Shown piece by piece: positions 12,290-24,360 of a DNA stretch of 64,000 bases. Location of the stretch: the NCBI RefSeq assembly GCF_001194135.2, contig NC_068984.1:26585455-26649454 (forward strand), in the 5' to 3' direction. The stretch is from Octopus bimaculoides. Lineage: Eukaryota. The position numbers and the translations under genes were made by a program. The number at the start of each line of letters is the position of its first letter. The first letter of the stretch is position 1. The notes beneath the pieces were generated by a model that saw only the letters and a list, made by a program, of their open reading frames with translations, ran no database searches and was not told the DNA's origin.

Positions 12290-14900
12290 GTGTAAACACT
12301 CCACGAAATAGACTGTAAAGAAGTACCCTTATTTACAGTCTAATACATCGCCAATACATTTTGGTACCATTTATTTTCGTGCACATTCGGTAATATTGGT
12401 TTAACTTCTTGTCAATAAAATCTCTAACGCTTCCATGTCTATTATCATTTTCAATTTTCTTATACCTAGAAACTATGTGATAGATTCTTTCTTTACAGCC
12501 TCTTCAAATACTGTTGTTACTTAGGTATTCTATTTCATATGTTTTTGATAGTCTTTCATATAGACAAACTGCGATTAAAAACCTTTTAATCTCGGATTTG
12601 TGTTTTGGGCTTTACACTCAGCGCTGAATATTTCCTTTATCCACTTCCTCATCGACCAGTAGCATTACATGATAAAATAGGGATTTGTCTTATCAACGTC
12701 TTAGCTTGAGATTTTGTATTCACTCCATCTTTTTTTTCTTGTTGGTTTTCTCCGATAGCAGAGAAAAGTCTATATTTGCTTTGTTTGTGTTTTTTAAGTG
12801 TTTGCATTATTTTACCTTTATTCTTTACTATATACTATTGTAGTCTTGCTGCAAATATTTATGTAGTTGGAGAAGACTCCTGCCCCGCTCTATCCGATGT
12901 TAACATATTGTTTTTGAGCGTAGTGTATTCTAAATGCGAGCATTATTTTTGGTGATTCATTTACATAGCTTTGCTAACTTAGCTTCCAGTTTATAGAATA
13001 CTTACTACTAATAACTTGTGTACTAATGCTCAAGTACTAATCTATAATATTCCTTTCTAAGCATTTTCATTTAGGTGCGTTGTACTATATACTTAATTCT
13101 TAAGTACTTTTTGTCTAGATTTAGTCTGGTTCTCTTATCTCTGTTTCTTCATCTAACATGATATCAGTAGTTTAGCTTAATTTCAAACCAATAATCCTAC
13201 TTAATCTATGCAACACACACACACANNNNNNNNNNNNNNNNNNNNNNNNNNNNNNNNNNNNNNNNNNNNNNNNNNNNNNNNNNNNNNNNNNNNNNNNNNN
13301 NNNNNNNNNNNNNNNNNNNNNNNNNNNNNACACATATATAATCGTGTTACTACTTGTTTATCACTTACAGTATACAATTTGAGCTCATCTGTATACTGGA
13401 GATGGTTGAGTGTCATAAATTAGCACTTGTATTCGTTACCATACAGTTTCAGATTTTTGGTTTTTAACTGGTTTAGAATATTGCCGAAGTTGGGTTTTGA
13501 TATGACTGTTCCTACTTTTCTTTGGATTTTCATTTACTCGGTGTACATACTTGGTGTACCTACTTTTTATTGGAACTAGCTTGTTTCTAATGTTTGGAGA
13601 ATTCATGATTGAGATTTGCCATCAAAATCCTAATGGCAACCAATGCAGGATATACTTAATCTCTTTACCCCTCTAAATTCTTCGGCTAAAGCATCATTGA
13701 TCTGTAACTAATCTTTATATATATATCCATGAGTCTTTGTGGTTGTGGGAATTGTAGTTTCTCCCAACCCCCATCGAGCCAGTCAGTTCATTGAATATTT
13801 AGCGATAGTTTTAGAAGTATCTGTTGGATAAGTTTGGAACTTTGTAATTTTCTAAGGGTTCAACTTCTGGATTTTTTCAGAGCCGTGGAATTGCGTTGTC
13901 TTATTTAATTGAATGCTAACACTGCTTTTCAACTCGGTGCCATTTCTCCTCTTCCTCCTTCCTTTAACTGAGGTTTTGTTGGAACTACTGGAGTGTTACA
14001 TGAGTAGGAGGCTTGTACATGCAGCCTACGATACCGTGCTTTCTGTCCTCTTCAACTATCTAATACTTACCTGGTGATTCTGGTCGTACCAAGGAGACAA
14101 AATAAGAAATAATTATTACTATAATTATGTCTTAATGATTTTATGTAACTTATTGTAATTTGAGATAAATATCTGCTTCAAACTATAGAAGTAAAAGTTT
14201 TCTATTCGCACCTGGATTAAAGCTAATCGCATTTTCGGTTGTCTACAAATTTTTCTACCTTGATAGTTTGATGAAAACAGTCCCACATTTTTCTTTTTTT
14301 ATCAAAATGCATTTTTCCAATTTGTTTTCAAATCTGAAAAGACNNNNNNNNNNNNNNNNNNNNNNNNNNNNNNNNNNNNNNNNNNNNNNNNNNNNNNNNN
14401 NNNNNNNNNNNNNNNNNNNNNNNNNNTATTTATTTACAATTCCGCAAAGCATTTCATAGAGTATTGTTATACCGCATTTGAAACGTTTATCAATTACTTT
14501 CTGCTTTGATTTGAACACGTTATGTTTCTCAATGCATAAAACTAAGTACTTCTCATTAATAGGACTAATTTTCAAGAAATAAAATTATTTCTTTTAGTTT
14601 GCAGTTGATTTTATACTCTTTCTCACCTACATTACTTTGTTTTAGGTCGCTAAGAAGTGATTTTTACGTAAGCAAAATAATTTTGTTTTCGTTTTTAGTT
14701 TAAAAGTCTTCATAGGTCTTTTTTTTCCAAGTTTATATGGGCTACTTTTTCTCTTTAGTCGTTGTATGGGATAATTGTAATTGTTTGTTTTACAGTCTCA
14801 CTTAATTATTTCGAAAAAAATGTTTAATCTTCTCTTTCACAGTTTACTTTCCTATTAGTTTTCTTCGGTTTGCATAGCTTCTTTTTTATATCTATTGTTT
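12290..14900 (-). mobile_element. Ancient, heavily decayed R4/Dong-like RLE LINE relic (N-terminal region, RT, CCHC region, start of RLE)
   Basis: Colinear minus-strand peptides: KQKVIDKRF (~14510); GSEKIQK..IAKIFNE..DWL (~13880-13780); TLNHLQYTDELKLY (13416-13375, cf. INHLLYMDDLKLY); RIERGRSLLQL (~12900, cf. RKEGGRGLLQL); EVDKGNIQR..KSEIKRFLIA (~12650); IYHIVS..RHGSVRDFI (~12480); KMYW (~12350). Strong T-skew on the plus strand. Confidence 0.65.
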
Positions 14901-15818
14901 TCTTATATATAAAGAAAGGACATCACTTTGATTTCTTGCTCCTTACTATGTTAATCAATCTTTGTTCTTTCCTAAAATCATGTTTCTAGTCGCCTACTAT
15001 TTATATATAGTAATTTTACATGTTTAAACCAAAACGTTCTTTCTCTGTGTACACATGCAAGTATATTTCATAATCCTTATTAAAATGTTATAATTGATTA
15101 AGACTTGTAATGTCTAGTTTTTCTATCTGAACTCTTAGTTTCCTTTTATTTCCATCCATTACTTTGGAGATGTAGCTTAATGCTTGAAAAACTAGAATAT
15201 TTATCGTATTTTCCTATTCCTGGCATAAAAGTCATGGCTTTGATAGTAGATTGAATCTTTTAACATTTTTATCAAAATTTCTTTCTTTCATTTTTGTATC
15301 TCGTATTAATGTATTTTGTTTCACCTTTATCCAGTCTTAAATATTTATGTGAGAACTAACTTTTTTTTAATTATCTGATTTCCCCGTCTAAATCTAACTT
15401 AATATCTTGTTTTTGTTACATTTTCCTTGATGTAATATACTTTGATATATTTTTCCTTCGGTGATAATGATGATGATGATGATGATAAAAATTAATGATT
15501 TCATTATTTTGTCAGAAGAGTAATAACACAAAGCATCACAATAAATGACATAAACATTTTGTGTCTTTATTTAATTATTAAAACTTTTGTTGTTTGTCCC
15601 TTTTTTTTACAAACTGTTATTTTGTTTCAAATATTTTCAAATTTTTTTCTCAAAATCTTTGGGATTTGTACGTTGCTACAGCCTATATGATTAGTATCTC
15701 TTACTGCCATAAAGAAAAAAGACAAAAACAAATAAACGAAAGCAAGGATAAAACTTGTTTATTCCGTCGCAGATAAACGGGGTGGGAACTGGAATGTGTC
15801 AAAGTCTCCTGTTGGCAA

Positions 15819-15866
<48 letters not shown>

Positions 15867-15986
15867 AAACAAACAAACTTTCTTTCCATCAAGTATAATA
15901 TAACAAATCCGGATATTCTATGGAACTATCTTGCAATTGTACGTTCACGCCAAACCAAGGAATAGTCTTGAAGAATAAACCAGACA

Positions 15987-16790
15987 TACGAGGTTCTACC
16001 TAAAGTAATGCAAAAGGGGGAATAACTTGATCGTCGTTCAAACTGCATATGTTGTTTGAGTAACTGCTGCTCTAGAGCAAGTTTTCTTCTTGCTCCTTTT
16101 CATTGCAAGCAAATAATGGCTTCCAAGCAGCAGCAACGTGTTGTCATTAAGTTCTTGACAAAGGAGAGGTGCAAGCTGTTCGACATCTACAGAAGGGTAC
16201 TGGTTGTTTACGGAGATGACATCATTAACGAGAAAAATATACACAGAGAGATGAAGAAGTTTAAAGTAGAACCTAACGTGGAAGAAAACACACTCAGTGG
16301 GATACCATCAACAGCGAGCGCAGATATCGCTAGCGAGTGACTGAATTGATTCTCTCGAGCAGACGAGTTACAGTCCGCGATTTTACTGTAATCATAACGC
16401 AGAAGATGGTGGCTGACTTTAGGTGACGTGAAGTGGATACAAAGTGAGTACTTCAATAGTTGACACTCGTTTTAAAGGAAGGGTGGACGTCTGCTCTGAT
16501 CGGCTAAAAGCGTTTGAAGCAAATGAAGATAATATTTTTCGTTTCGATCTAGTGAAAGTAGCATGAAATGTGAGCGTATCTTCCTGAAACGAAGACTTGG
16601 TCTCCTCCAAAGCTTAAAAGTCCAAGAGGCAGTGATCGCCACATAAACTCGTGGTTACTATCTTGTAGGTGTGATATTTTTGATTTTCTTGAATCTGGCT
16701 GTATCGTAAACTCCCAGTGGGTTATTGACACATTAAAAAGGATTAGAGAAGTCATTATGAAAAAGGTACCGAACAAGAATCTGAAAACGA
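15987..16790 (+). mobile_element. mariner (Tc1/mariner) transposon relic
   Basis: Starts TA|CGAGG. ORF 16056-16340 contains QQRVVIKFLTKE..DIYRRVLVVYGDD..KKFK..VEENTLSGIPSTA (mariner HTH region). The later DFLESGCIVNSQWVIDTLKRIREVIMKKVP resembles the mariner catalytic region. Confidence 0.8.
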
Positions 16791-17281
16791 TCCATATTTA
16801 TATTTACAATGTGCAATCACTTTCATCTGTGACAACAAATCAGTCAATCGGCTAATTGGACTGGTCAGTGGAGCCCCGTCGACCGAACAGCTCGGACCTA
16901 GTGCTCTTCAGCTTCAGCTCTTAGGTCCAACGAAGTCTTCGGAGATAAAGATTTGTTGGCATAGATGAGGTAGAAATGCCTTGTTACCATCAGTAACGGC
17001 ACTTTCTAAGATTGTGTAGAAAACCTACAATAATAATATAAATAACAACGGTACAAATGGTGATGATAGGAAAGAAAAGACGAGGAGTTCTCTCCTGAGC
17101 AAAAATATTGCCATGTTGATGTGGTCAATTGTATCAACCCGAGACCTACTGGACTGAACATAAAACAATTCTCTTAACAAGTCCCAGTACTTGATGAGAA
17201 GTTTGAAGCTACAAATAGAATAGAATGTTGTTAGTATGTAAAAAAAAAAATGATAAAAAACAAATGCCTATTTACCAAGGT

Positions 17282-18172
17282 TTGCTTTTCTAAGCAAATA
17301 TTTCTAATGGTAAGATTCTCTCTCCTCTTGGAGAGTCAATATTGTCTCCCAGAGAGATAAATGCTGTTTTCTAAGAATGTGTATGAAATGCTTAATCTTA
17401 GGTAGCTACCACCAATTTCTCTGCTTCTCACCTTCTCTCAGTACCTCCTTGGCACGAGCAATTATAAGGATTCATTCATTTTAAGCTGTATGCCGGGCGA
17501 TCCTATTTTCTTTTATATTTAATTACTCCCTAATTGCGCTTTGTATTCGGGAAGGAGTTTTCATCTTTATTAAAAATTACGCACATACAATTATTCAGGA
17601 CATGATCAAACAAAACAAAATATATTGGCAAAGATAATGATATTACAGCAGTAATAATTAATTATATAAAAACCGACAAACGTATGTTAAATAGGAGTAG
17701 TGGAAATATTATGACAAAGTATAGAAGCCTTCATGAAAATTCAGTATAATATGACTCTGTGTGGCCATATGTCAGCAGGAAGCGAATTAATAAGTGTGGA
17801 AACTGAAAGAACTTTATAACATCCGCATAATAAAGAAAGAATTATTATTCCAGTATGTAGTGTCTGCTGCCAACTTAGGTAGAAATAACATTAACAAATT
17901 AAACCGAATACAAAGCGCAATTAGGGAGTAATTAAATATAAAAGAAAATAGGATCGCCCGGCATACAGCTTAAAATGAATGAATCCTTATAATTGCTCGT
18001 GCCAAGGAGGTACTGAGAGAAGGTGAGAAGCAGAGAAATTGGTGGTAGCTACCTAAGATTAAGCATTTCATACACATTCTTAGAAAACAGCATTTATCTC
18101 TCTGGGAGACAATATTGACTCTCCAAGAGGAGAGAGAATCTTACCATTAGAAATATTTGCTTAGAAAAGCAA
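17282..18172. repeat. Long inverted repeat: arms 17282-17550 and 17904-18172 (269 bp each), 353-bp spacer
   Basis: By eye the right arm is the exact reverse complement of the left; no N gap in the interval. Confidence 0.95.
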
Positions 18173-18424
18173 CAACTATTATCATAACTAAATGTATTCT
18201 AATCTCTATTGATAGTAAGTCTCTCTAAATTTAATTATATTAAAATATAAGCGAAAGTATTTTGGAAAAACAAGAGGTCAAACCATCTTATGGCTCTTGT
18301 ACATTCAACTGATTTAATTTAAGTAACATAGCCGAAGCAAGAAGAAGGTTGTTTAATTTTTATCTTTTTTATCTTTTCTTCTGTTTTTCTTCTACATCCT
18401 TCATGGTATCCATTTAGAGAATAT

Positions 18425-18610
18425 GAATAAGATACCAGTAATAGTTGAGAACCAGGTCTGCACATTAAGAAAATTTCATTCCATTTCAAACATCGGCATG
18501 GATAAAGCAGGCATTATTAACCCAATATTTAAATTGGCATTGTTTGGAAGTGCCAATATCCTGAGGAAAATAGTTTTCTGTCTGAAGTCTTCAGACCGGA
18601 TGGAAACAAA
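18425..18610 (+). mobile_element. Decayed RLE-LINE C-terminal fragment
   Basis: IPVIVE..KLALFGSANILRKIV resembles the RLE C-terminus PIVIGALG..KxALLGTAxILRKVL. Confidence 0.45.
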
Positions 18611-18808
18611 CTTTGTTTTCGTTTTCTCCGTTCTCACTCCTCAACAGATACGCATTATGTGTGTAAGTTTGTGAGTGTGCGTTAGTGCGCACGCGCGTGA
18701 CAAATCACGGAAAGGAAATGGGAATTCTTTTTTTTTTTAGTAATACACGACCACAACAACAACGCGATTACTACTGCTATAACCCGTACCACTATCACTG
18801 CTCCCCCA

Positions 18809-18829
18809 CTACTACTACTACTACTACTA

Positions 18830-18873
<44 letters not shown>

Positions 18874-18874
18874 G
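18809..18874. repeat. (ACT)n microsatellite
   Basis: Direct reading. Confidence 0.95.
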
Positions 18875-19051
18875 ATGGATGAAGATGCAGTTGGTGTTCT
18901 GATGTCTACTAAAGCTCATTTGTTATCAACGACCATATCTGTACAAGATCTAGTTCTACTCCCTTGGTAACGACTAATAAATTACTTCGACACTTCATTA
19001 AGTGACTGTTAGGAATATAGCTGTCTTTCTCTCTCAGACTGCACCTGATAG

Positions 19052-19082
<31 letters not shown>

Positions 19083-19229
19083 TGATAGTATGTATCAATC
19101 ACATGACGTATCATCTTCCCTTTTCTGCTGTTTAATAAAATGATCACCATTTTTTTTTTACCTCCATTTGAAACAAAGCCTCACTAGTTTGAATGAATTC
19201 CCTGACGAAAAAGACAAATATATGTGCCG

Positions 19230-19297
<68 letters not shown>

Positions 19298-19739
19298 NNN
19301 NNNNNNNNNNNNNNNNNNNNNNNNNNNNNNNNNNNNNNNNNNNNNNNNNNNNNNNNNNNNNNNNNNNNNNNNNNNNNNNNNNNNNNNNNNNNNNNNNNNN
19401 NNNNNNNNNNNNNNNNNNNNNNNNNNNNNNNNNNNNNNNNNNNNNNNNNNNNNNNNNNNNNNNNNNNNNNNNNNNNNNNNNNNNNNNNNNNNNNNNNNNN
19501 NNNNNNNNNNNNNNNNNNNNNNNNNNNNNNNNNNNNNNNNNNNNNNNNNNNNNNNNNNNNNNNNNNNNNNNNNNNNNNNNNNNNNNNNNNNNNNNNNNNN
19601 NNNNNNNNNNNNNNNNNNNNNNNNNNNNNNNNNNNNNNNNNNNNNNNNNNNNNNNNNNNNNNNNNNNNNNNNNNNNNNNNNNNNNNNNNNNNNNNNNNNN
19701 NNNNNNNNNNNNNNNNNNNNNNNNNNNNNNNNNNNNNNN

Positions 19740-19786
<47 letters not shown>

Positions 19787-19799
19787 GTGTGTGTATATG

Positions 19800-19985
19800 C
19801 CCAACCAACATCGCTTGATATCCGATGCTGGTGTGTTTACGTCTCCGTAAACTTAGCAGTTCGGCAAAAGAGACCGATAGAATGAATACTAGGCTTACAA
19901 AGAATAAGTCCTGGGTTCGATTTGCTCGACTAAAGGTGACGCTCCAGCATGGCCGCAGTCAAATGACTGAAACAAGTAAAAGAAT
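19800..19985 (+). mobile_element. SINE family B 3' tail
   Basis: CATCGCTTGA..CCGATGCTGGTGTGTTTACGTC..CGGCAAAAGAGACCGATAGAA..CTCCAGCATGGCCGCAGTCAAATGACTGAAACAAGTAAAAGA, preceded by a TA/TG microsatellite and a gap. Confidence 0.85.
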
Positions 19986-20109
19986 ACATATATATGAGCT
20001 TGATGTCTATTGTGAACAATGTTTAGAATACAGTTCTATATTTAAAAGATGAGGAATTATGTACAATATTTACATTCGACGGATATTTGTTCTCATCTTG
20101 TTTGTTGTT

Positions 20110-20155
20110 GACACAACGTTTCGGCTGATATACACTCCAGCTTTCTTCAGGTGTC
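20110..20155 (-). ncRNA. Minimal type-I hammerhead ribozyme motif (PLE type)
   Basis: GACAC-CUGAAGA-AAGCUG(GAGUGUAUAU)CAGCC-GAAACGUU-GUGUC: 5-bp stem I, intact CUGANGA/GAAA core, stem II of 4 bp plus an A-C mismatch, loopless palindromic ACGU stem III, GUU cleavage triplet. Confidence 0.8.
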
Positions 20156-20217
20156 TTGGTGAAATTTCGAACCTGGTTACTCAGGTATTTTTCAATGTTA
20201 TTATTGTTCAGGTCACT

Positions 20218-20283
20218 GCTATGAAATCGAACTCGGAGTCTTGGGGTTTGTAACCCGCGCGCTTAACCACTACGCCATATGCC
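20218..20283 (-). promoter_or_regulatory. tRNA-like Pol III internal promoter (A and B boxes) inside the PLE 3' region
   Basis: GGCATATGGCGTAGTGGTTAAG (A box), a GGG-7nt-CCC anticodon-like hairpin and GAGTTCGATTTC (B box). The acceptor stem is poor, so this is not a functional tRNA. Confidence 0.65.
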
Positions 20284-20514
20284 CGTAGGTAATGGAGTGA
20301 AATTAAGCGCTTATAAATCTAATATTTTTCTGTCCTTCCTTAATACCGGTTCCCATATGCTGCTCATGTCTGCACTCGGTCTGCTTAGGAGGTTGTTGTT
20401 CCCTAGCATATGTGCTGTTTCTTTTAGTTTTCGTATTTTCCAGTGGTGTTCTCTGTGTATTATTTTAACTTCATCCCACGATAAAAGTGAATGTCACACG
20501 ATAAAAGTGAACGT

Positions 20515-20790
20515 GTTGAAAATGTTTGGTGTCCTTAACGAGAGCTGATGAGACAGAATACAGAGTAATAACAATTGTCAAGACACTCGAAGAGAGATTC
20601 GATAGGTAAGTTACATGCGAAGACGATAGGCCGGTCGAGACTGTTCGGCTTGGGGACTGGGAAAAGTATTGATAGAAGTGAGAGGCATGGTTGCAATGAG
20701 GTTTGTAGTAGAGGAAGGAACTGAGTTCAAACAGATGAATTCGTGTACTGATGTGAAGACTTTTTTCTGACCGTGTCTGGTCAGAAGCCC
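20515..20790 (-). mobile_element. Penelope-like RT N-terminal relic
   Basis: Across frameshifts: QKKVFTSVHEFI..PSSTTNLIATMPLTS / PKPNSLDRPIVFACNLPIESLFECLD / LVKDTKHF, matching the PLE RT start (..KIHKPNNPGRPIVSAC.CPTE.IS..LD..SYIKDT.H). Confidence 0.7.
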
Positions 20791-21309
20791 ACAGATGGCT
20801 TATTGTAGTGCTTCTTGAAATTGTAGATACCGGTCCTCAGAACACCACACTGCCATTCAACCAATTTGGGGATAATACCATCCAACTTGCAGAGAATTGT
20901 GTTTGTTAAAAAGTGCTTGCACAATCTGGGGGCATCTATCTATCTGTCTGTCTGACGGAGTCGCTTACGCTTTAAGATTTAGCGGTGTTTGCTCAGGTTC
21001 GTTCAGAGTTATCTTACAACGAAATTGGAACCTCGTTAATCGAGCATTGTGTTTCCCATTAGAGAGTAACAGCGTCACGGAGAGGGGAAACTTGCTACAT
21101 GAGATACTATTGGTATTCGATAAAGCAATACTCACCTACCCACCCACGTAAAACTTGTTCAAGTCTGCACCTTGGAGAGGAACATTCCAATTGCAGATAC
21201 ATGGTCAGATCATTGCTGACCGAGGAAAGCCTTAAATATACCGCTTACCCCCTCCCCCCCACACATATCGTTTCTTTTAAGTTAGGTACAAAGCAAGTAT
21301 TTTTTTGAG

Positions 21310-21475
21310 TGGAAGAGATTGTCGATTACGTCAACCCAAGGACATGACGGTTTCTTTATTTTATTGAGCCTGAAAGGATGAAAGTCAAAGTAGACCTCAG
21401 TCAAATTTGAACTCAGCAGAGTCGGAACAAATACTGCAGATATTTTATCTAACATTTTAACAGTTCTGCCAATTG
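21310..21475 (-). mobile_element. SINE family A, decayed
   Basis: Reverse complement has GAGTTCAAATTTGACTGAGGTCTACTTTGACTTTCATCCTTTCAGG, the family-A B-box and core. Confidence 0.7.
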
Positions 21476-21505
21476 GCTATTTTTTCATTCATAATATAGA
21501 TAGAA

Positions 21506-21506
<1 letters not shown>

Positions 21507-21566
<60 letters not shown>

Positions 21567-21567
21567 C

Positions 21568-21618
<51 letters not shown>
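21507..21618. repeat. (TCTG)n/(TCTA)n compound tetranucleotide repeat
   Basis: Direct reading. Confidence 0.95.
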
Positions 21619-21895
21619 ATGTTTTCTTAATGACTGAGAAAAACAAACATTAAATGAAGAATAGGCTCAATACATTATGTACAATTTGCTAGAGACAGAG
21701 AGAGAGAGAGAAAGATGGGGAAAAGCTGATGGCGGATGAGCAATGAGGAGGATGTGGAGAGACAACACACGCAGACAGACTCACTGTCTCTTCACAATAA
21801 GTCTCTGTTGTGCAGAGAAACCCCTCAGATGTTTAGGGATTCCATTGGAGCAGGTTCAACAATTCGGTCTCACCACTTGTACATCTGTGCATATA

Positions 21896-21962
21896 CGTAT
21901 GTATGTATGTATGTATGTATGTATGTATGTATGTATGTATGTATGTATGTATGTATGTATTA
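21896..21962. repeat. (GTAT)n microsatellite
   Basis: Direct reading. Confidence 0.95.
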
Positions 21963-23012
21963 TGCTTTTACGAGACGACAAAGAAAACAACGACGCCGTC
22001 GATGATAATGATGATAATGGTGATGATAATGATGATGATAATGATGTCGAAGGTAATGGTAATTCTTAAGTACATCCGGATTCCCTGCCAATAACTTTCA
22101 ATCTCAATCATTCCATCTACCATCAGATAAGAATGATTCTTATGTGGGGAGAGGAAAAAGACTGCTTTGCCTTCTTCCTTCTTCCTCATCTCCATTTTCG
22201 TCTCCACCTCCTTTCCGCCTTTTCATTCCTTCATGACGTCAGAATAACTGTCTATATACGTATATAGCTATACATACACGAATATATATNNNNNNNNNNN
22301 NNNNNNNNNNNNNNNNNNNNNNNNNNNNNNNNNNNNNNNNNNNNNNNNNNNNNNNNNNNNNNNNNNNNNNNNNNNNNNNNNNNNNNNNNNNNNNNNNNNN
22401 NNNNNNNNNNNNNNNNNNNNNNNNNNNNNNNNNNNNNNNNNNNNNNNNNNNNNNNNNNNNNNNNNNNNNNNNNNNNNNNNNNNNNNNNNNNNNNNNNNNN
22501 NNNNNNNNNNNNNNNNNNNNNNNNNNNNNNNNNNNNNNNNNNNNNNNNNNNNNNNNNNNNNNNNNNNNNNNNNNNNNNNNNNNNNNNNNNNNNNNNNNNN
22601 NNNNNNNNNNNNNNNNNNNNNNNNNNNNNNNNNNNNNNNNNNNNNNNNNNNNNNNNNNNNNNNNNNNNNNNNNNNNNNNNNNNNNNNNNNNNNNNNNNNN
22701 NNNNNNNNNNNNNNNNNNNNNNNNNNNNNNNNNNNNNNNNNNNNNNNNNNNNNNNNNNNNNNNNNNNNNNNNNNNNNNNNNNNNNNNNNNNNNNNNNNNN
22801 NNNNNNNNNNNNNNNNNNNNNNNNNNNNNNNNNNNNNNNNNNNNNNNNNNNNNNNNNNNNNNNNNNNNNNNNNNNNNNNNNNNNNNNNNNNNNNNNNNCA
22901 AGTTAAAATAGAAAACGAAAACTGGGAATTGGCAGAGAAAGCACTCAACAGTGAGTACTGTCTTGTGTCTTTAAAAGGATGATAATATTAATAACATTAA
23001 TAATAGTACCAA

Positions 23013-23014
23013 TG

Positions 23015-23074
<60 letters not shown>

Positions 23075-23107
23075 ATAGTAGTAGTAGTAGTAGTAGTAGT
23101 AATAATA

Positions 23108-23171
<64 letters not shown>

Positions 23172-23195
23172 TTAATAATAATAATTAATAATAAA
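23013..23195. repeat. (TAG)n/(AAT)n compound trinucleotide repeat
   Basis: Direct reading. Confidence 0.95.
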
Positions 23196-23644
23196 CCAAA
23201 CACTGGCTCTCATGGCTTCTGATCTTAAATGATTGGAAGTGTTATCATGTACATGTTTTGTTTTGGTATAAGAGACAGGCTACAGCAAATATTCTGCTCA
23301 ATACCACAGATTTGTTAGTCAGTTGTTTGGCCTTAACCAGTTGAACGCGTCCCTTGCTGGCTGACGATATGTGCATATTTGATCACGAGCAGAAGTAGTG
23401 GGGGAGCATCATAGCCATGGGTTGAGAGGAATTCTTTGGGGTTTGAATCATTCACCTCTGGAAACATGGGTGTTTCATTCAACATTCTTAAACAACCCTT
23501 ATTCAGGGATCTTTTGAGTAGGATGGGCTAGTCCACCCGATGAAAATTCTAACTGGGCCCACTTGCAAGTGTATATACATTTAGAATGCATACATTTAGA
23601 ATGATGCACGGATGGTGCTATTAACACACACACACACACACACG

Positions 23645-23716
<72 letters not shown>

Positions 23717-24360
23717 CAGATACACACATGCACACATACACACATATATACATTGACACGCATATGATGGTAACGAGGGGAGGAATAATTATATAATATC
23801 AGAAGTACACTATGAATAATTTAATTCTGTGAAGTGAAACAGCTGTCGGTCAATCGAGCATCTTAATGTACATCTCGTCTCTCACCCCTCTTTATATTCT
23901 TCAGGTCTCCGTCTCACTTGCCAAAGTCTGTACCCACATCTCTACTGCATTCATTACTTCTTCCCTGTCTTTTTTGCCTCGTCGGCTGCTCACAGCTCAG
24001 GGATTCCTGCATAGCACGTGTACTGCCTTGACGTTCATACTGCAAACTGACCGAATCATTCTGGGTTGTTGAATGAGGTATGTACGGACAAGAGAAGGAA
24101 GAGGATTATGATCACCTTGTGCCATTTTTAGAGCACATCATCTTTTGATAAACTAATTTATCTAAAATATATTTACATACAAATATATATATATATATAT
24201 ATTTTTTTTTTTTTTCATTGCAAAAAGCAAAGGTGATAATACAAAAATATATAAAAACAAAATAAATAAAATTATGCAATAAATGCTTTCTTTCTATAGG
24301 ATAATTCTGCAAAGGCATACGTGTCAAAATATGAAATATGATTCTGCACCGTATTTAAGT

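Larger units (their letters stand above)
20040..20490 (-). mobile_element. Penelope-like element 3' module: GIY-YIG C-terminus, tRNA-like segment, hammerhead, 3' flank
   Basis: Minus strand 20490-20310 reads WDEVKIIHREHHWKIRKLKETAHMLGNNNLLSRPSADMSSIWEPVLRKDRKILDL*, a PLE endonuclease end. The segment 20040-20200 is homologous to 47715-47875. Confidence 0.8.

Noticed and set aside
20218-20283. Possible tRNA gene
   Set aside because: A and B boxes and an anticodon-like hairpin are present, but there is no proper acceptor stem. The same applies to the SINE heads at 8950-9022 and 24361-24430.
23200-23570. Segment that looks like a common interspersed repeat or LINE 3' UTR
   Set aside because: There is no second copy in the window and no translatable motif, so it cannot be supported without a database search.
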